Below, piece after piece: positions 63,937-63,989 of a stretch of 63,989 nt of DNA. Both the position numbers and the translations under genes were made by a program. The notes under the pieces were generated by a model, which was not told the DNA's origin, did not search any database, and saw only the letters and a program-made list of their open reading frames with translations. Origin of the DNA: Tubiluchus corallicola (taxonomy: Eukaryota; Animalia; Priapulida); NCBI GenBank assembly GCA_030141605.1, contig JAQGDQ010001086.1, positions 1 through 63,989 on the forward strand, read 5' to 3'. Numbering within the stretch: the first letter of the stretch is position 1; the number at the start of each line of letters is the position of its first letter.

Positions 63937-63983
63937 CCAAATTTACTTCGCCTAGGGCCTCCAATTACCTAAGGCCGGCCCTG
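63739..63983. mobile_element. Short hAT-type MITE containing (TC)n
   Basis: TIR CAGGGCCGGCCTTA / TAAGGCCGGCCCTG in a poly-C context. Confidence 0.8.
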
Positions 63984-63989
63984 GCCCCC

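Overview
AT-rich animal genomic DNA, probably from an invertebrate (GT-AG introns, standard code, no prokaryotic features). Five host genes are supported. (1) The last four coding exons of a class I PI3K catalytic subunit, PIK3CA-like (+, 3160-12046). (2) A ZNF710/ZNF366-family C2H2 gene with an uninterrupted CDS and an extra duplicated six-finger block (+, 19393-21537). (3) A complete three-exon CDIN1/C15orf41 nuclease gene (-, 31655-25795). (4) A tandem C2H2 gene with a decaying 3' finger tail (-, 45005-43740). (5) A four-exon cGAS-like/Mab-21 nucleotidyltransferase (-, 60991-54262) with intact catalytic motifs, a duplicated C-terminal segment, a glycine-zipper hydrophobic tail and an apparent +1 frameshift in an A6 run. 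The rest is dense with mobile DNA (truncated LINEs, tRNA- and 5S-derived SINEs, a Helitron, hAT/piggyBac/Kolobok/Tc1-type MITEs) and more than a dozen minisatellite arrays, several grown from transposon ends or a splice junction. The most unusual items are the possibly membrane-anchored cGAS-like receptor and an 11-copy array of complete AG|GT 3' splice sites in front of the last PI3K exon. All family assignments come from motif recognition by eye; no database search was run.
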